Source: Candidatus Saccharimonadota bacterium
GTDB lineage: Bacteria > Patescibacteriota > Saccharimonadia > Saccharimonadales > Saccharimonadaceae
Direction: 5' to 3'
DNA length: 64,000 nucleotides
NCBI GenBank assembly: GCA_024402895.1
Contig: JAKSSX010000001.1
Span: 22,090-86,089, forward strand
Position numbers and translations under genes: made by a program. Shown piece by piece: positions 1 through 8,598 of this stretch. The notes below the pieces were generated by a model. The model had not been told where the DNA came from, searched no databases, and saw only the letters and a program-made list of their open reading frames with translations. The first letter of the stretch is position 1; each line of letters starts with the position of its first letter.

Positions 1-1320
1 ACTCGCGTTGATAAGGTTCTCGACTGCTGGTTCGAATCTGGCTCAATGCCATTTGCTCAGCTTCATTATCCATTCGAGAACAAGGAGAAGTTTGAGGCTA
101 ATTATCCTGCAGACTTTATCGTTGAGTATGTTGGTCAGGTTCGCGCATGGTTCTATTATGTACATACTGTAAATACTGCGCTCTTCGGCGATAAGGCATT
201 TAAGAATGTTATTACTACTGGTACTTTGGCTGGCAATGACGGTCGCAAGATGAGTAAGTCTCTCGGTAACTATACTGATCCAAACGAGTTGATGGATAAG
301 TATTCTGCCGACGCACTTCGCTTCTTGATGCTATCTAGCCCAGTTTTGGCCGGCGAAGATTTTGCGCTTATTGATAAGGATGTATCTGATACGGCTCGCA
401 AGCTTACGATGGTCTGGAACGTTTATGACTTCTTTACTATGTATGCCGAGGTTGATGGTTGGGAGTTTAAGGGTGATAAGTTGAAAGCTCCAAAGAAGCT
501 TGAGAATCCACTTGATGCTTGGATTATAGCGCGCCTCTATCAGCTACGCGACGAGATTACCGAAGGTATGGAGAAATATAATCTTCCATTCGCAACCGGT
601 GGTATTTTGCCGTTCATTGATGATCTTTCCAACTGGTTTGTTCGCCGTAGTCGCCGCCGTTTCTGGAAGAGTGAATCCGGCGCTGACAAAGCTGAGGCTT
701 ATGAGACCTTGCATTATGTTTTGAGCTACTTGGCATTAATTATGGCTCCATTTACGCCATTCCTATCTGAAGAGCTCTGGCAGAATATGATGGGCGGCGA
801 GAGCGTTCATCTTCAGGATTGGCCAGCAGCTGGCGAGATCGACATGGAAGCTATCGAAAAGATGGCAAATTGCCGCGCAATTATTACCGAAGGTTTGGCT
901 TTACGCATGAACCGTAATGATGAGTTTGGCCAGATTAAGGTTCGTCAGCCACTCGCAAGCCTTAAATACGGCGGCGAGAAGCTTGATGATTTCTTTGAGC
1001 AGATTATTGCCGAGGAAGTTAACGTTAAGAGCGTAATGCATGGCAAGGAGCTTGAGCTTGATAAGAAACTTACCGATGAGCTACGCGAAGAAGGCTTTGT
1101 TCGCGAATTGATTCGCTTCGTTCAGTCTGCACGTAAGAAAGCTGAACTTAATGTCGATGACCGTATTAAGCTAAGCGTTTCCTGTGAAGTTCCAGAAGCT
1201 TATGTCAAGACTTTGAAGAACGAAGTTCTCGCAGTTGAGCTTACAAAAGAGAACTATTCATACGACGAAATCGTTAAAGTTGATGGTCAAAATATCACAA
1301 TCAGCATTGAGAAGGCTTAA
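1..1320 (+). CDS. ileS: isoleucine--tRNA ligase, C-terminal part (5' end outside window)
   Basis: Frame 1 is open from nt 1 (TRVDKVLDCWFESGSMPF...). KMSKS loop present (GRKMSKSLGN). Stop at 1318-1320, terminator downstream. Confidence 0.95.
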   Translation, partial: TRVDKVLDCWFESGSMPFAQLHYPFENKEKFEANYPADFIVEYVGQVRAWFYYVHTVNTALFGDKAFKNVITTGTLAGNDGRKMSKSLGNYTDPNELMDKYSADALRFLMLSSPVLAGEDFALIDKDVSDTARKLTMVWNVYDFFTMYAEVDGWEFKGDKLKAPKKLENPLDAWIIARLYQLRDEITEGMEKYNLPFATGGILPFIDDLSNWFVRRSRRRFWKSESGADKAEAYETLHYVLSYLALIMAPFTPFLSEELWQNMMGGESVHLQDWPAAGEIDMEAIEKMANCRAIITEGLALRMNRNDEFGQIKVRQPLASLKYGGEKLDDFFEQIIAEEVNVKSVMHGKELELDKKLTDELREEGFVRELIRFVQSARKKAELNVDDRIKLSVSCEVPEAYVKTLKNEVLAVELTKENYSYDEIVKVDGQNITISIEKA

Positions 1321-1354
1321 TAATAACAAGCTAAAATTCATATAATAGTATAAA

Positions 1355-1393
1355 TTTCCACTACTCATAATAGGGTGGTGGAAATATTTTTTT
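1355..1393 (+). terminator. intrinsic terminator after ileS
   Basis: Stem TTTCCAC / GTGGAAA followed by a T-run. Confidence 0.7.
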
Positions 1394-1591
1394 GATTTTG
1401 CAAGGGCAAAATGACCCCTGTAAAACTTGACATTTTTCAAAAATAAAGCATAACCACTATTGACAAAAAAGCATAAGTATGATAGCATAAGGACAGTTGA
1501 GCAAGCAAAAAGCCAACACAAAAACGAAAAATCAAATTCCTTGGGTATCAGGAAGGAGACTAGCCAAAATAGAAAGGAAAATAAAAATAAT

Positions 1592-1888
1592 ATGGCAGAC
1601 AATACTAACCTAGGTGACGAGAATTTTGGAATTCCGCAACAGGTAGCAAAAGACAAGCACTATAGCAAAGCTCAGTTGAAAGCAGCGCAAGAAATGTATA
1701 GCGCAATCGAATACGAAAGCGGTATCGACCCTGATCAATACAATAGTAAAGGGGAAATAACAAAAGAAGATAAAGACAAAATAATTAAGCTGCATCAAGA
1801 TATAAAAGAAATGAAAATGAGCCGCAGAAAGGCTGATAAAAAACGCGGCGCAGGTATATTGAACTTCTTACATAGCTTAGCTGCCTAA
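1592..1888 (+). CDS. hypothetical small Lys/Glu-rich protein (98 aa from ATG 1592)
   Basis: Only long ORF in a 900-bp A-rich spacer. The 1460 'start' in the track is a TTG inside a TTGACA promoter-like hexamer. Weak AAAGGA lies 13 nt upstream of ATG 1592. Confidence 0.35.
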   Translation: MADNTNLGDENFGIPQQVAKDKHYSKAQLKAAQEMYSAIEYESGIDPDQYNSKGEITKEDKDKIIKLHQDIKEMKMSRRKADKKRGAGILNFLHSLAA

Positions 1889-2098
1889 TAAAATAGATCA
1901 ATATTTGCCATAAGAAATAAAAGGAGAATGCCTATACGATAGAGAAAAACCAATAAACACTAATAGAAAGGAAATGCCTATAAGATAAAAATTTATTCAT
2001 CAACTTTAAAAAAGGAACTCAGACCAATGTAAAACATTATTCGAGTTAAATAATTAAATAAGTGAGTTTTTAAAATAAATAGTAGGCGAAAGCCAGAA

Positions 2099-2136
2099 AA
2101 GAGGACTTATCCGTTAAACGAATCGGTCCTCTTTTT
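2099..2136 (+). terminator. intrinsic terminator
   Basis: AAGAGGAC ... GTCCTCTT followed by TTTT. Closes the transcript carrying the 1592 ORF and the two mini-ORF repeats. Confidence 0.65.
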
Positions 2137-2151
2137 GTTATTGGAAAAGTA

Positions 2152-2181
2152 TTGACATTTCTAAAAAGCTAGTGCTAAAAT
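2152..2181 (+). promoter_or_regulatory. sigma70-like promoter
   Basis: TTGACA (2152-2157), 18-nt spacer, TAAAAT (2176-2181), upstream of the 2227 gene. Confidence 0.5.
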
Positions 2182-2226
2182 CAAACTAAACTAGGTCAAA
2201 ATAAAAAATAAACAGGAAAAAGAGAA

Positions 2227-4506
2227 ATGTCAGAGAAGTATCTAGGCCTCCCGGATAAAAGTGGCGGCGACGGACAGGATTGGAACATGGATCCAAATGC
2301 TCCAAAGTCGACAGAATTAGCTATTTATGCAGCTGCTGGTGGCGAAGAAGGTCCAGCAGAGGATACTAGCACCGAAACTAATCCAGCAGAGACTAATGGC
2401 TATGAAGATGCTGACGAAGTATCTGCAGCTGATTTGCTCGTAATGAGTGGTCTTGGCAGAAACGGCGAAGGCGGTAACACTGGTGGCGAAGGCAACGGTG
2501 AAGGTAATAGTGAAGGCGATGTCGAAGGTAATGACGACAATGCTGAAACTGGCGAAAACGGTGAAGACGGTGAGTCTGAACTTGATCGTGCTCTTGGTAA
2601 TAACTATACTTCTGACATTTTTAGAGCAGCTCGTAGCATTGGTAAACCAGTTGAGAATGCTATGGATATCTTTGACTGGAGCGACGAAGACAAGCAGCGC
2701 TTGCTAGATGCTCTCGCAAATCCTGTTGAAACTGCCGATGAAGGTACTAGCGAAGGCGGCAATACTGGCGCAGTAGCTGGTGGCGCTGAAGCTGGAACTG
2801 CTACTGCAACTACAGCTGAGACTGGTAGCACCGGCGCAGCAGCTCCTGAAGCTGAAACTAGCGACTCTGAAGAAGATGATGATGCTAGAATCGCTGCAGC
2901 AATTGCCGCAGCAGGCGTAGCTGGCACGGTAGCAGCTGCCGGTGGAAATATTTCCTCCGAAGAAGCTAATAGAATGGCTGAAGAAGTAGCTGAAACTGCA
3001 GATAACGGTAATGAAAAGAAAAGACGCTCTCCTGCCTTTAAGAAAAAGGTGGCAGCAGTAATTCTAACCCTCGCTGCATTGGCTGGTATGGCTGGTCTAG
3101 GTATGAATAACGATAAAAATACCAAAGAGCAGACTACTACCGCGATTGAGGAAACTACTGACGATCAGGAAGATGGCGAGCAGAATGAGGCTCTTCGCAT
3201 CATGGACAACTATGATTACTACAATAATATCGAAGCGAAACCATCCCTTAACTCTTGGATGAATGGTTCTGAATATGTAAGTGATTTGGCAAATAGCGGC
3301 GATATTGAAATCGTAAGAGATACTGAAGGCCATCTCGAATTTGCGAATAGAGATGATGCATATAGAACGATTTTGACTGGTTTGTTCACAATGAACCAGG
3401 AGCAGGCTGGCTCAATCATGGGCTTTGCTAGAGAAGCTGGCCTCTTTAGTGCATATATGGATGAAGCAACCGTCCAGGCTGGTGAGAATGCTATTGCAAA
3501 TATGACCGAAGAAGAGCAGGCTGCAGCTATCGCTGAATGGCAGGCAGCTCTCGCAAACGCTTCCTTCGATACTGTAATTTGGCAGGGTAATGCAGATAAC
3601 TGTTACATTCGTGATAAGAGTGGCGATGCTCATATTGAGAATAGTAGTGATGCTGAAGCATGTCACTGTGTCACTGATGAGACTGGTACTCCTGTTCTTC
3701 GCGTTACTCTTGAGAACGGTCAGCAAATGTACTTCAAGTTTAACCTTGAATATTCATCTATCGAAGAAACCAAGGATGGCTACATTGTTACCTTCTTTGA
3801 TGAAAACGGTAACGAAATTAAGGTATGCTGCCAGGATCTCGATGTTGAGGGCAACCCAGTAACAAGCACTATTCCAGATACTGACCCAGATCCAACTCCA
3901 ACCCCAACTCCAGAACCAACCCCAACTCCAGACCCAGACCCAGATCCAGATCCAACCCCAACTCCAACTCCAGACCCAGATCCAACTCCAACCCCAGACC
4001 CAGATCCAACTCCAACTCCAAGTGACGAAAAGAAACCATTTACTGAAGAAGAGGTGACGAGAGGTCTTGACGGCCTTACGGTTACCGATGAGGATTCAGA
4101 GGTTGATGAGGGTGAGGTTACTGAAGCGCCTACGGAAGTTGTCGAAGGTACAGGTGGATCAACCGTAACTCCAGAAGCTACAACGCCTACCGTAGCTCCT
4201 GGCGATAACGAGCAGACCGTCGGAATGGATCCGAATTCGATGTTAAGTGGCGACGGAAGTGGTAATACTGCTGCGGAAGCTAGGGATAATGGCGATGTGA
4301 ATGGTGCTGCAAGTGGTAAAAATACGCAAGATGATTTAGGCTATACCTCCGCGGAAGACGCGGCGACCGGAGCATCTGATGCTGCCGGTGGAGCCGATGA
4401 AGTGGCGGCAAGAGAACGTGATGCTGGACTGGCAGATGAAGCTGCAAGCGTAGCAGGTATGAATGATGCTACGGCAGGAAATGGGTTCATGAATGGTGAA
4501 CTCTAA
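2227..4506 (+). CDS. large acidic low-complexity membrane/surface protein with PT/PD linker
   Basis: 759 aa. Has a G/E/N/A-rich acidic N-terminus, one hydrophobic span (AAVILTLAALAGMAGLGM), a globular middle region, a (DP/TP)n linker and an acidic tail. No family recognised. Confidence 0.7.
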   Translation: MSEKYLGLPDKSGGDGQDWNMDPNAPKSTELAIYAAAGGEEGPAEDTSTETNPAETNGYEDADEVSAADLLVMSGLGRNGEGGNTGGEGNGEGNSEGDVEGNDDNAETGENGEDGESELDRALGNNYTSDIFRAARSIGKPVENAMDIFDWSDEDKQRLLDALANPVETADEGTSEGGNTGAVAGGAEAGTATATTAETGSTGAAAPEAETSDSEEDDDARIAAAIAAAGVAGTVAAAGGNISSEEANRMAEEVAETADNGNEKKRRSPAFKKKVAAVILTLAALAGMAGLGMNNDKNTKEQTTTAIEETTDDQEDGEQNEALRIMDNYDYYNNIEAKPSLNSWMNGSEYVSDLANSGDIEIVRDTEGHLEFANRDDAYRTILTGLFTMNQEQAGSIMGFAREAGLFSAYMDEATVQAGENAIANMTEEEQAAAIAEWQAALANASFDTVIWQGNADNCYIRDKSGDAHIENSSDAEACHCVTDETGTPVLRVTLENGQQMYFKFNLEYSSIEETKDGYIVTFFDENGNEIKVCCQDLDVEGNPVTSTIPDTDPDPTPTPTPEPTPTPDPDPDPDPTPTPTPDPDPTPTPDPDPTPTPSDEKKPFTEEEVTRGLDGLTVTDEDSEVDEGEVTEAPTEVVEGTGGSTVTPEATTPTVAPGDNEQTVGMDPNSMLSGDGSGNTAAEARDNGDVNGAASGKNTQDDLGYTSAEDAATGASDAAGGADEVAARERDAGLADEAASVAGMNDATAGNGFMNGEL
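3877..4020 (+). repeat. hexanucleotide CCA-GAY / CCA-ACY tandem repeat encoding a (PD/PT)n linker
   Basis: About 24 consecutive 6-nt units, translated DTDPDPTPTPTPEPTPTPDPDPDPDPTPTPTPDPDPTPTPDPDPTPTP. Confidence 0.9.
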
Positions 4507-4534
4507 AATGAGGATGTAAACAAAGGAGTAAAAA

Positions 4535-6007
4535 ATGCTAAAACAAACAAATACAAAATTTAAACGGAGGGTGACGGTAGCTGCATTGGCTGCGGTTGCA
4601 ATTACGGCAATAGTTCCGTTCGCAACTAGCTCGGCAGTCTCCTGGGGTCCAAGTCGTACGACTTATACGATGAAGAACCCGGCAGACGTACCTACCTTCA
4701 ACTCTATCACTGACAATAATATTGTCGGCGACGAAAGAAACTTCGTTCGCGTAGGTGAAGTTGGCTCCGGAAAGGCTGTTAGCGATACAGTAAAAGTCAC
4801 TCCGGGCAAAGAATATCAGGTATGGATTTTCTACCACAATAACGCAAAATCTAGCCTAAACGAATCTGGCGTAGGTATTGCGAGAGGCGTGCGCCTATCA
4901 ACAGGCTTATCGACATGGACGATTAATTCGTCGAAATCGGCAAAAGTATCCGGCGTAATTTCTGCAGAAAATACTACACCAAAAGAAGTATGGGATGACG
5001 CAGTCTTTACTACTGATTCCGCGAGAGATATTACTTTGAAATTGGTTCCTGGTTCAGCAAAAGTCTATAATCAGGGCGGTATCAATGGCAGCGTTCTCGA
5101 CTCAAATGCGCTCTTTAGTAAAACAGGTGCTTACCTTGGTTATAACAAACTTACTGGTGGTGTTCCTGGTTGTCAGGAATACTCTGGTCACATTGTCTAT
5201 ACGCTTCGCGCAGAACAAATTGGCGCAAAGGTATCTAAGACTGTCTCGAAAGATGGCACCAACTTCTACGAGTCTGTTGATGTGAAACCTGGTGATACCG
5301 TTACCTATAAAGTATCTTTCCAGAATACTGGTACAGCTTCACTCACGAATGTAACTTTTCATGATAAGCTTCCTGCTGGCGTAACGCTAGTTAACGGTAC
5401 GACCAAAATGGTAAATACCGCTAATCCGAACGGCCTATTGATGAAAGATATCATTGGTCAAAACGGCTTTAATACTGGTCTTTATGGTAAAGGCGCAACT
5501 GCAACTATTACTTATAAGGTGAAAGTAAATAGCAACGCAGTAGATAACGCAGCTTGTAATTCAAAGACTGCTTTCAAGAATACTATCTTCGTCGATCATG
5601 ACGCAGGCGAAATCAGCGATAGTTCAACTATCAATGTAACTCGCACTTGTACTCCAACTCCAGATCCAGATCCGGATCCGGATCCAGATCCAGACTGTGA
5701 TCCAAACGACAAAGAATGTATTTGTACCAAGGATCCAAAAAATCCAATCTGTGAAGACCCTGACTGCGAAAAGGGCGATCCAGAATGTCCAGATGACGAC
5801 TGCGATCCAAACGATCTAGAATGTCTCTGTGAAAAGAATCCTAATGCGCCAGAGTGTGGCGAACCAGATATTCCAAAGACTGGTCCAGGCGAAATCGCAT
5901 TAGCAATCGTTGCAGTGGTATGTATTGCAACTGGCGGTATCTACTGGTATCGTAGCCAAAAAGACTTAGCTGATCTAGAAGATAGTATCACTAAGGGCAA
6001 AAAATAA
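4535..6007 (+). CDS. sortase-anchored surface protein (signal peptide, Ig-like/DUF11-like domain, Cys-rich stalk, IPKTG sorting signal)
   Basis: N-terminal signal-like segment (VAALAAVAITAIVPFATSSA). TVTYKVSFQNTGTASLTNVTFHDKLPAGVTLV resembles a DUF11/CARDB-type repeat. The C-terminus has IPKTG, a hydrophobic span, then YRSQK. Confidence 0.85.
   Translation: MLKQTNTKFKRRVTVAALAAVAITAIVPFATSSAVSWGPSRTTYTMKNPADVPTFNSITDNNIVGDERNFVRVGEVGSGKAVSDTVKVTPGKEYQVWIFYHNNAKSSLNESGVGIARGVRLSTGLSTWTINSSKSAKVSGVISAENTTPKEVWDDAVFTTDSARDITLKLVPGSAKVYNQGGINGSVLDSNALFSKTGAYLGYNKLTGGVPGCQEYSGHIVYTLRAEQIGAKVSKTVSKDGTNFYESVDVKPGDTVTYKVSFQNTGTASLTNVTFHDKLPAGVTLVNGTTKMVNTANPNGLLMKDIIGQNGFNTGLYGKGATATITYKVKVNSNAVDNAACNSKTAFKNTIFVDHDAGEISDSSTINVTRTCTPTPDPDPDPDPDPDCDPNDKECICTKDPKNPICEDPDCEKGDPECPDDDCDPNDLECLCEKNPNAPECGEPDIPKTGPGEIALAIVAVVCIATGGIYWYRSQKDLADLEDSITKGKK
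5651..5695 (+). repeat. (PD)n-coding hexanucleotide repeat, same type as 3877-4020
   Basis: actccaactccagatccagatccggatccggatccagatccagac, translated TPTPDPDPDPDPDPD. Confidence 0.85.
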
Positions 6008-6030
6008 ACATATAGCACTCCTTTAAGTTG

Positions 6031-6068
6031 TAGCACCGGCTAGGGTATCCCGGTGCTACTTCTTTTTT
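6031..6068 (+). terminator. intrinsic terminator
   Basis: TAGCACCGG ... CCGGTGCTA followed by a T-run. Confidence 0.8.
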
Positions 6069-6072
6069 ATGC

Positions 6073-6101
6073 TTGTAAAAGGGGTGATTTTTTGCTATAA
6101 T
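6073..6101 (+). promoter_or_regulatory. promoter of rplU
   Basis: TTGTAA, 17-nt spacer, TGcTATAAT (extended -10). Confidence 0.55.
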
Positions 6102-6125
6102 ATGCGAAGTAATAAAAGGAATTTT

Positions 6126-6434
6126 ATGAAAAAAGCAGTCGTAAAGATTGGTGGCAAGCAGTATATTGTCGCTGAAAAAGAGACCCTCCGTGTGGACCTC
6201 CTCCCGGAAGGAACTAAAGATCTCGCTGTCGATGCTTTACTCGTAATTGATGGTGATAAGACCACCGTTGGTGAGCCAACCGTCAAGGGAGTTAAGGTTA
6301 AAGCGAAGGTCGTTGAGGAAAAAGTAGCTGGCGACAAGATTCGCGTTATCCGCTACCACTCCAAGAAGCGTGTCCATACTGAAACTGGTCACCGCCAGAA
6401 ATATAGCGTAATTGAGATTGTCTCTATCGCTTAA
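6126..6434 (+). CDS. rplU: 50S ribosomal protein L21
   Basis: MKKAVVKIGGKQYIVAEKETLRVD... is a typical bL21 N-terminus. AAAGGA Shine-Dalgarno upstream of ATG 6126. Confidence 0.95.
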   Translation: MKKAVVKIGGKQYIVAEKETLRVDLLPEGTKDLAVDALLVIDGDKTTVGEPTVKGVKVKAKVVEEKVAGDKIRVIRYHSKKRVHTETGHRQKYSVIEIVSIA

Positions 6435-6444
6435 CTTGTATAAA

Positions 6445-6469
6445 AGAAGCCTGTAAGGGCTTCTTTTTT
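6445..6469 (+). terminator. intrinsic terminator after rplU
   Basis: AGAAGCC tgtaag GGCTTCT followed by TTTTT. Confidence 0.8.
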
Positions 6470-6472
6470 GAT

Positions 6473-6501
6473 TTGGTATGCTTTTATGCTTGTGCTATTA
6501 T
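6473..6501 (+). promoter_or_regulatory. promoter placed for a leaderless start at 6508
   Basis: TTGGTA, 17-nt spacer, TGcTATTAT. The -10 ends 7 nt before the ATG. Confidence 0.45.
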
Positions 6502-6507
6502 ATATAC

Positions 6508-7752
6508 ATGAGTGTGGTAATTGGAGTTATTGTTGGTCTATTAATCTTAATGCTTCTTGTTACTGGGCACGAGCTCGGTCATTTTATTGCGGCACGCCGT
6601 AACGGTGTGGAGGTAGAGGAGTTCGGTATTTGTTTTCCTCCTCGCGCAATTGCTTGGCGTAAGGTCGGTGGCAAATGGCGCCGTCTTAAAAAGTCTGAGT
6701 GGGATAATCCTCCTGGAAAAGGTCTAATTCTTTCGTTGAACTGGTTACCGATTGGTGGCTTTTGTCAGATGAAAGGAGAGAGCGCTGCTGATAAATCTAA
6801 AGGCAGTTTTGGTGCCTCCTCGTTTTGGTCAAAGACAAAGATTTTGTTTGCTGGTGTTGCAGCGAACTGGTTGATGGCATTTGTGGTGCTTACTATTTTG
6901 GCTTGGGTTGGCATGCCGCATTTCCTCGATAATCAGTTTGAAATGAATGGAGATACTCAAACTGTTGTAACTACGCCAGTAACTATTGGCGAGATTAAGA
7001 GCGATAGTCCTGCGGCGAGAGCACAGCTAAGAGAGGGCGACGTCGTGATGCAGATGCGTTCTTTGGGTTGCGAAAAAGGCGAATGCGAAAATCCTGGTGG
7101 TGAGCGCGTCATGATTAATGTTGTCGATGATTTATTGTCGTTTGACGATATGTATGCCGGTCAGACGGTCTATATGACTTATGACCGTGATGGTACGACT
7201 GGTTTGGCTGAGATTACGCTTAACGATAAGACTAAAGATTTTATTCTTGGCGCTGGTATTTCCGGAAATGCGATTTATCGCAGTACGTGGAGTGCGCCAA
7301 TCGTTGGTTTTATGACAACTATGCAGATTACTGGCGAGACATTCAAAGGCGTAGGCCAGTTGGTTTGGAATCTTATTAGTGGTGTCGCAAGACAGTTGAA
7401 TTTCTTCGATCAGGGCGCACGTGAGAGCGGTGCAGAAGCGGTTAAGGCTGCCGGAGATTCAGTGAGTGGCCCAGTTGGTATTATTGGCGTATTGTTCCCA
7501 AATATGCTTTCTAGCGGCATTGGAAATCTGATGTTCTTAACTGCATTAATTTCTATTTCGCTCGCATGTATGAATGTTTTGCCAATTCCTGCGCTCGACG
7601 GTGGTCGTTGGCTATTAATACTTATTTATAAATTGCGCAAAAAAGAACTAACAAAAGAGAAGGAAGAGAAAATTGTTGGCCGCGCTTTTACCGTCTTGTT
7701 AGTGATTGTCGCAATTGTAACTATTATTGATATTACGAGGTTGGTAAAGTAA
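6508..7752 (+). CDS. rseP: RIP (site-2) zinc metalloprotease, M50 family, RseP-like
   Basis: HELGHF motif in the first TM helix. PDZ-like segment (IGEIKSDSPAARAQLREGDVV). C-terminal LPIPALDGG motif. Confidence 0.9.
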   Translation: MSVVIGVIVGLLILMLLVTGHELGHFIAARRNGVEVEEFGICFPPRAIAWRKVGGKWRRLKKSEWDNPPGKGLILSLNWLPIGGFCQMKGESAADKSKGSFGASSFWSKTKILFAGVAANWLMAFVVLTILAWVGMPHFLDNQFEMNGDTQTVVTTPVTIGEIKSDSPAARAQLREGDVVMQMRSLGCEKGECENPGGERVMINVVDDLLSFDDMYAGQTVYMTYDRDGTTGLAEITLNDKTKDFILGAGISGNAIYRSTWSAPIVGFMTTMQITGETFKGVGQLVWNLISGVARQLNFFDQGARESGAEAVKAAGDSVSGPVGIIGVLFPNMLSSGIGNLMFLTALISISLACMNVLPIPALDGGRWLLILIYKLRKKELTKEKEEKIVGRAFTVLLVIVAIVTIIDITRLVK

Positions 7753-8591
7753 TGAAAAATGAGACTCCTGTAAAGAAGGCAGCAAAGAAAGTTGCAGAAA
7801 AACCTACGGAAAGATTAGAAACTAATCCTGTTGCTGCAAAAGTTTCCATGTGGAGCAAGAAGATTAAAAAGCAATCAGAGAAGGGTAAAGCCTGGAAGAT
7901 GCTCTTCATTGCGCTATTTGGTATCGCTCTAGCTGTGTGGGTAGCTGTCGTTTTATATCTTGTCCAGCTCGCTATTTCGATTATTTTCATTAAAATAGTT
8001 CCTGGAGATGCTTTAACTTCGAACGTGATTAGTTCTGTTTATCAGGTGGTCGTGTATGGCGTAGCGCTAGCTGCGATTATTGGTATTCCTTGGAAGTTAT
8101 TGAATAATAAGACTACGCGCGACGAGGTCGGCATGCGTGGCTTGCCGACTTGGACGGACATTCTTTTGGCGCCAATCGGTTTTATTGTGACTTTGTTTGC
8201 GGCGGGCGCTCTAACTGCATTAATGATGTCTTTAATGCCGGAGGTAAACTGGGAGCAGGCGCAAGAAGTAGGCTATAGTGGTCTTTATAGATTAAGCGAC
8301 TTCGTGTTGGCATTTATCTGTTTGGTTATTTTGGCGCCACTTTGCGAAGAGATCATCTTCCGTGGTTGGCTTTACGGCAAGTTGCGCTTCCGTATGTCGG
8401 CAGTTCCTGCAATTCTTATTACATCCGTATTGTTTGGTATTATGCATGGTCAGTGGAATGTTGGTGTGACTGTTTTTGCGATGAGTGTCGGTATGTGTAT
8501 TATGCGTGAATTGACTGGTACGATCTGGTCTGGCGTATTGCTTCATATGATTAAGAACGGCGTCGCATTCTACTTCTTGTTCGTCGTATAA
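7752..8591 (+). CDS. CPBP-family intramembrane glutamic endopeptidase (CAAX protease-like)
   Basis: EEIIFRGWLY and FGIMH motifs in a multi-TM protein. Confidence 0.85.
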   Translation: MKNETPVKKAAKKVAEKPTERLETNPVAAKVSMWSKKIKKQSEKGKAWKMLFIALFGIALAVWVAVVLYLVQLAISIIFIKIVPGDALTSNVISSVYQVVVYGVALAAIIGIPWKLLNNKTTRDEVGMRGLPTWTDILLAPIGFIVTLFAAGALTALMMSLMPEVNWEQAQEVGYSGLYRLSDFVLAFICLVILAPLCEEIIFRGWLYGKLRFRMSAVPAILITSVLFGIMHGQWNVGVTVFAMSVGMCIMRELTGTIWSGVLLHMIKNGVAFYFLFVV

Positions 8592-8598
8592 TAGAAGT

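Noticed and set aside
1460-1591. Extended 142-aa version of the 1592 ORF starting at 1460
   Set aside because: The 'start' is a TTG that forms part of a TTGACA hexamer in an A-rich promoter-like stretch. The added 44 aa are K/N/S low complexity.
2447-3862. Multiple sense and antisense ORFs inside the 759-aa gene (2447-2707, 2604-3125, 3097-3333, 3219-3419, 3412-3726, 3590-3862)
   Set aside because: They are artefacts of GAA/GCT/GGT repetitive coding. None has an SD, and all are fully nested in a longer coherent ORF.
3877-4020. The regular short repeats looked superficially like a CRISPR array or satellite
   Set aside because: The period is 6 nt with no spacers, and the tract is in frame inside a CDS encoding a PT/PD linker.
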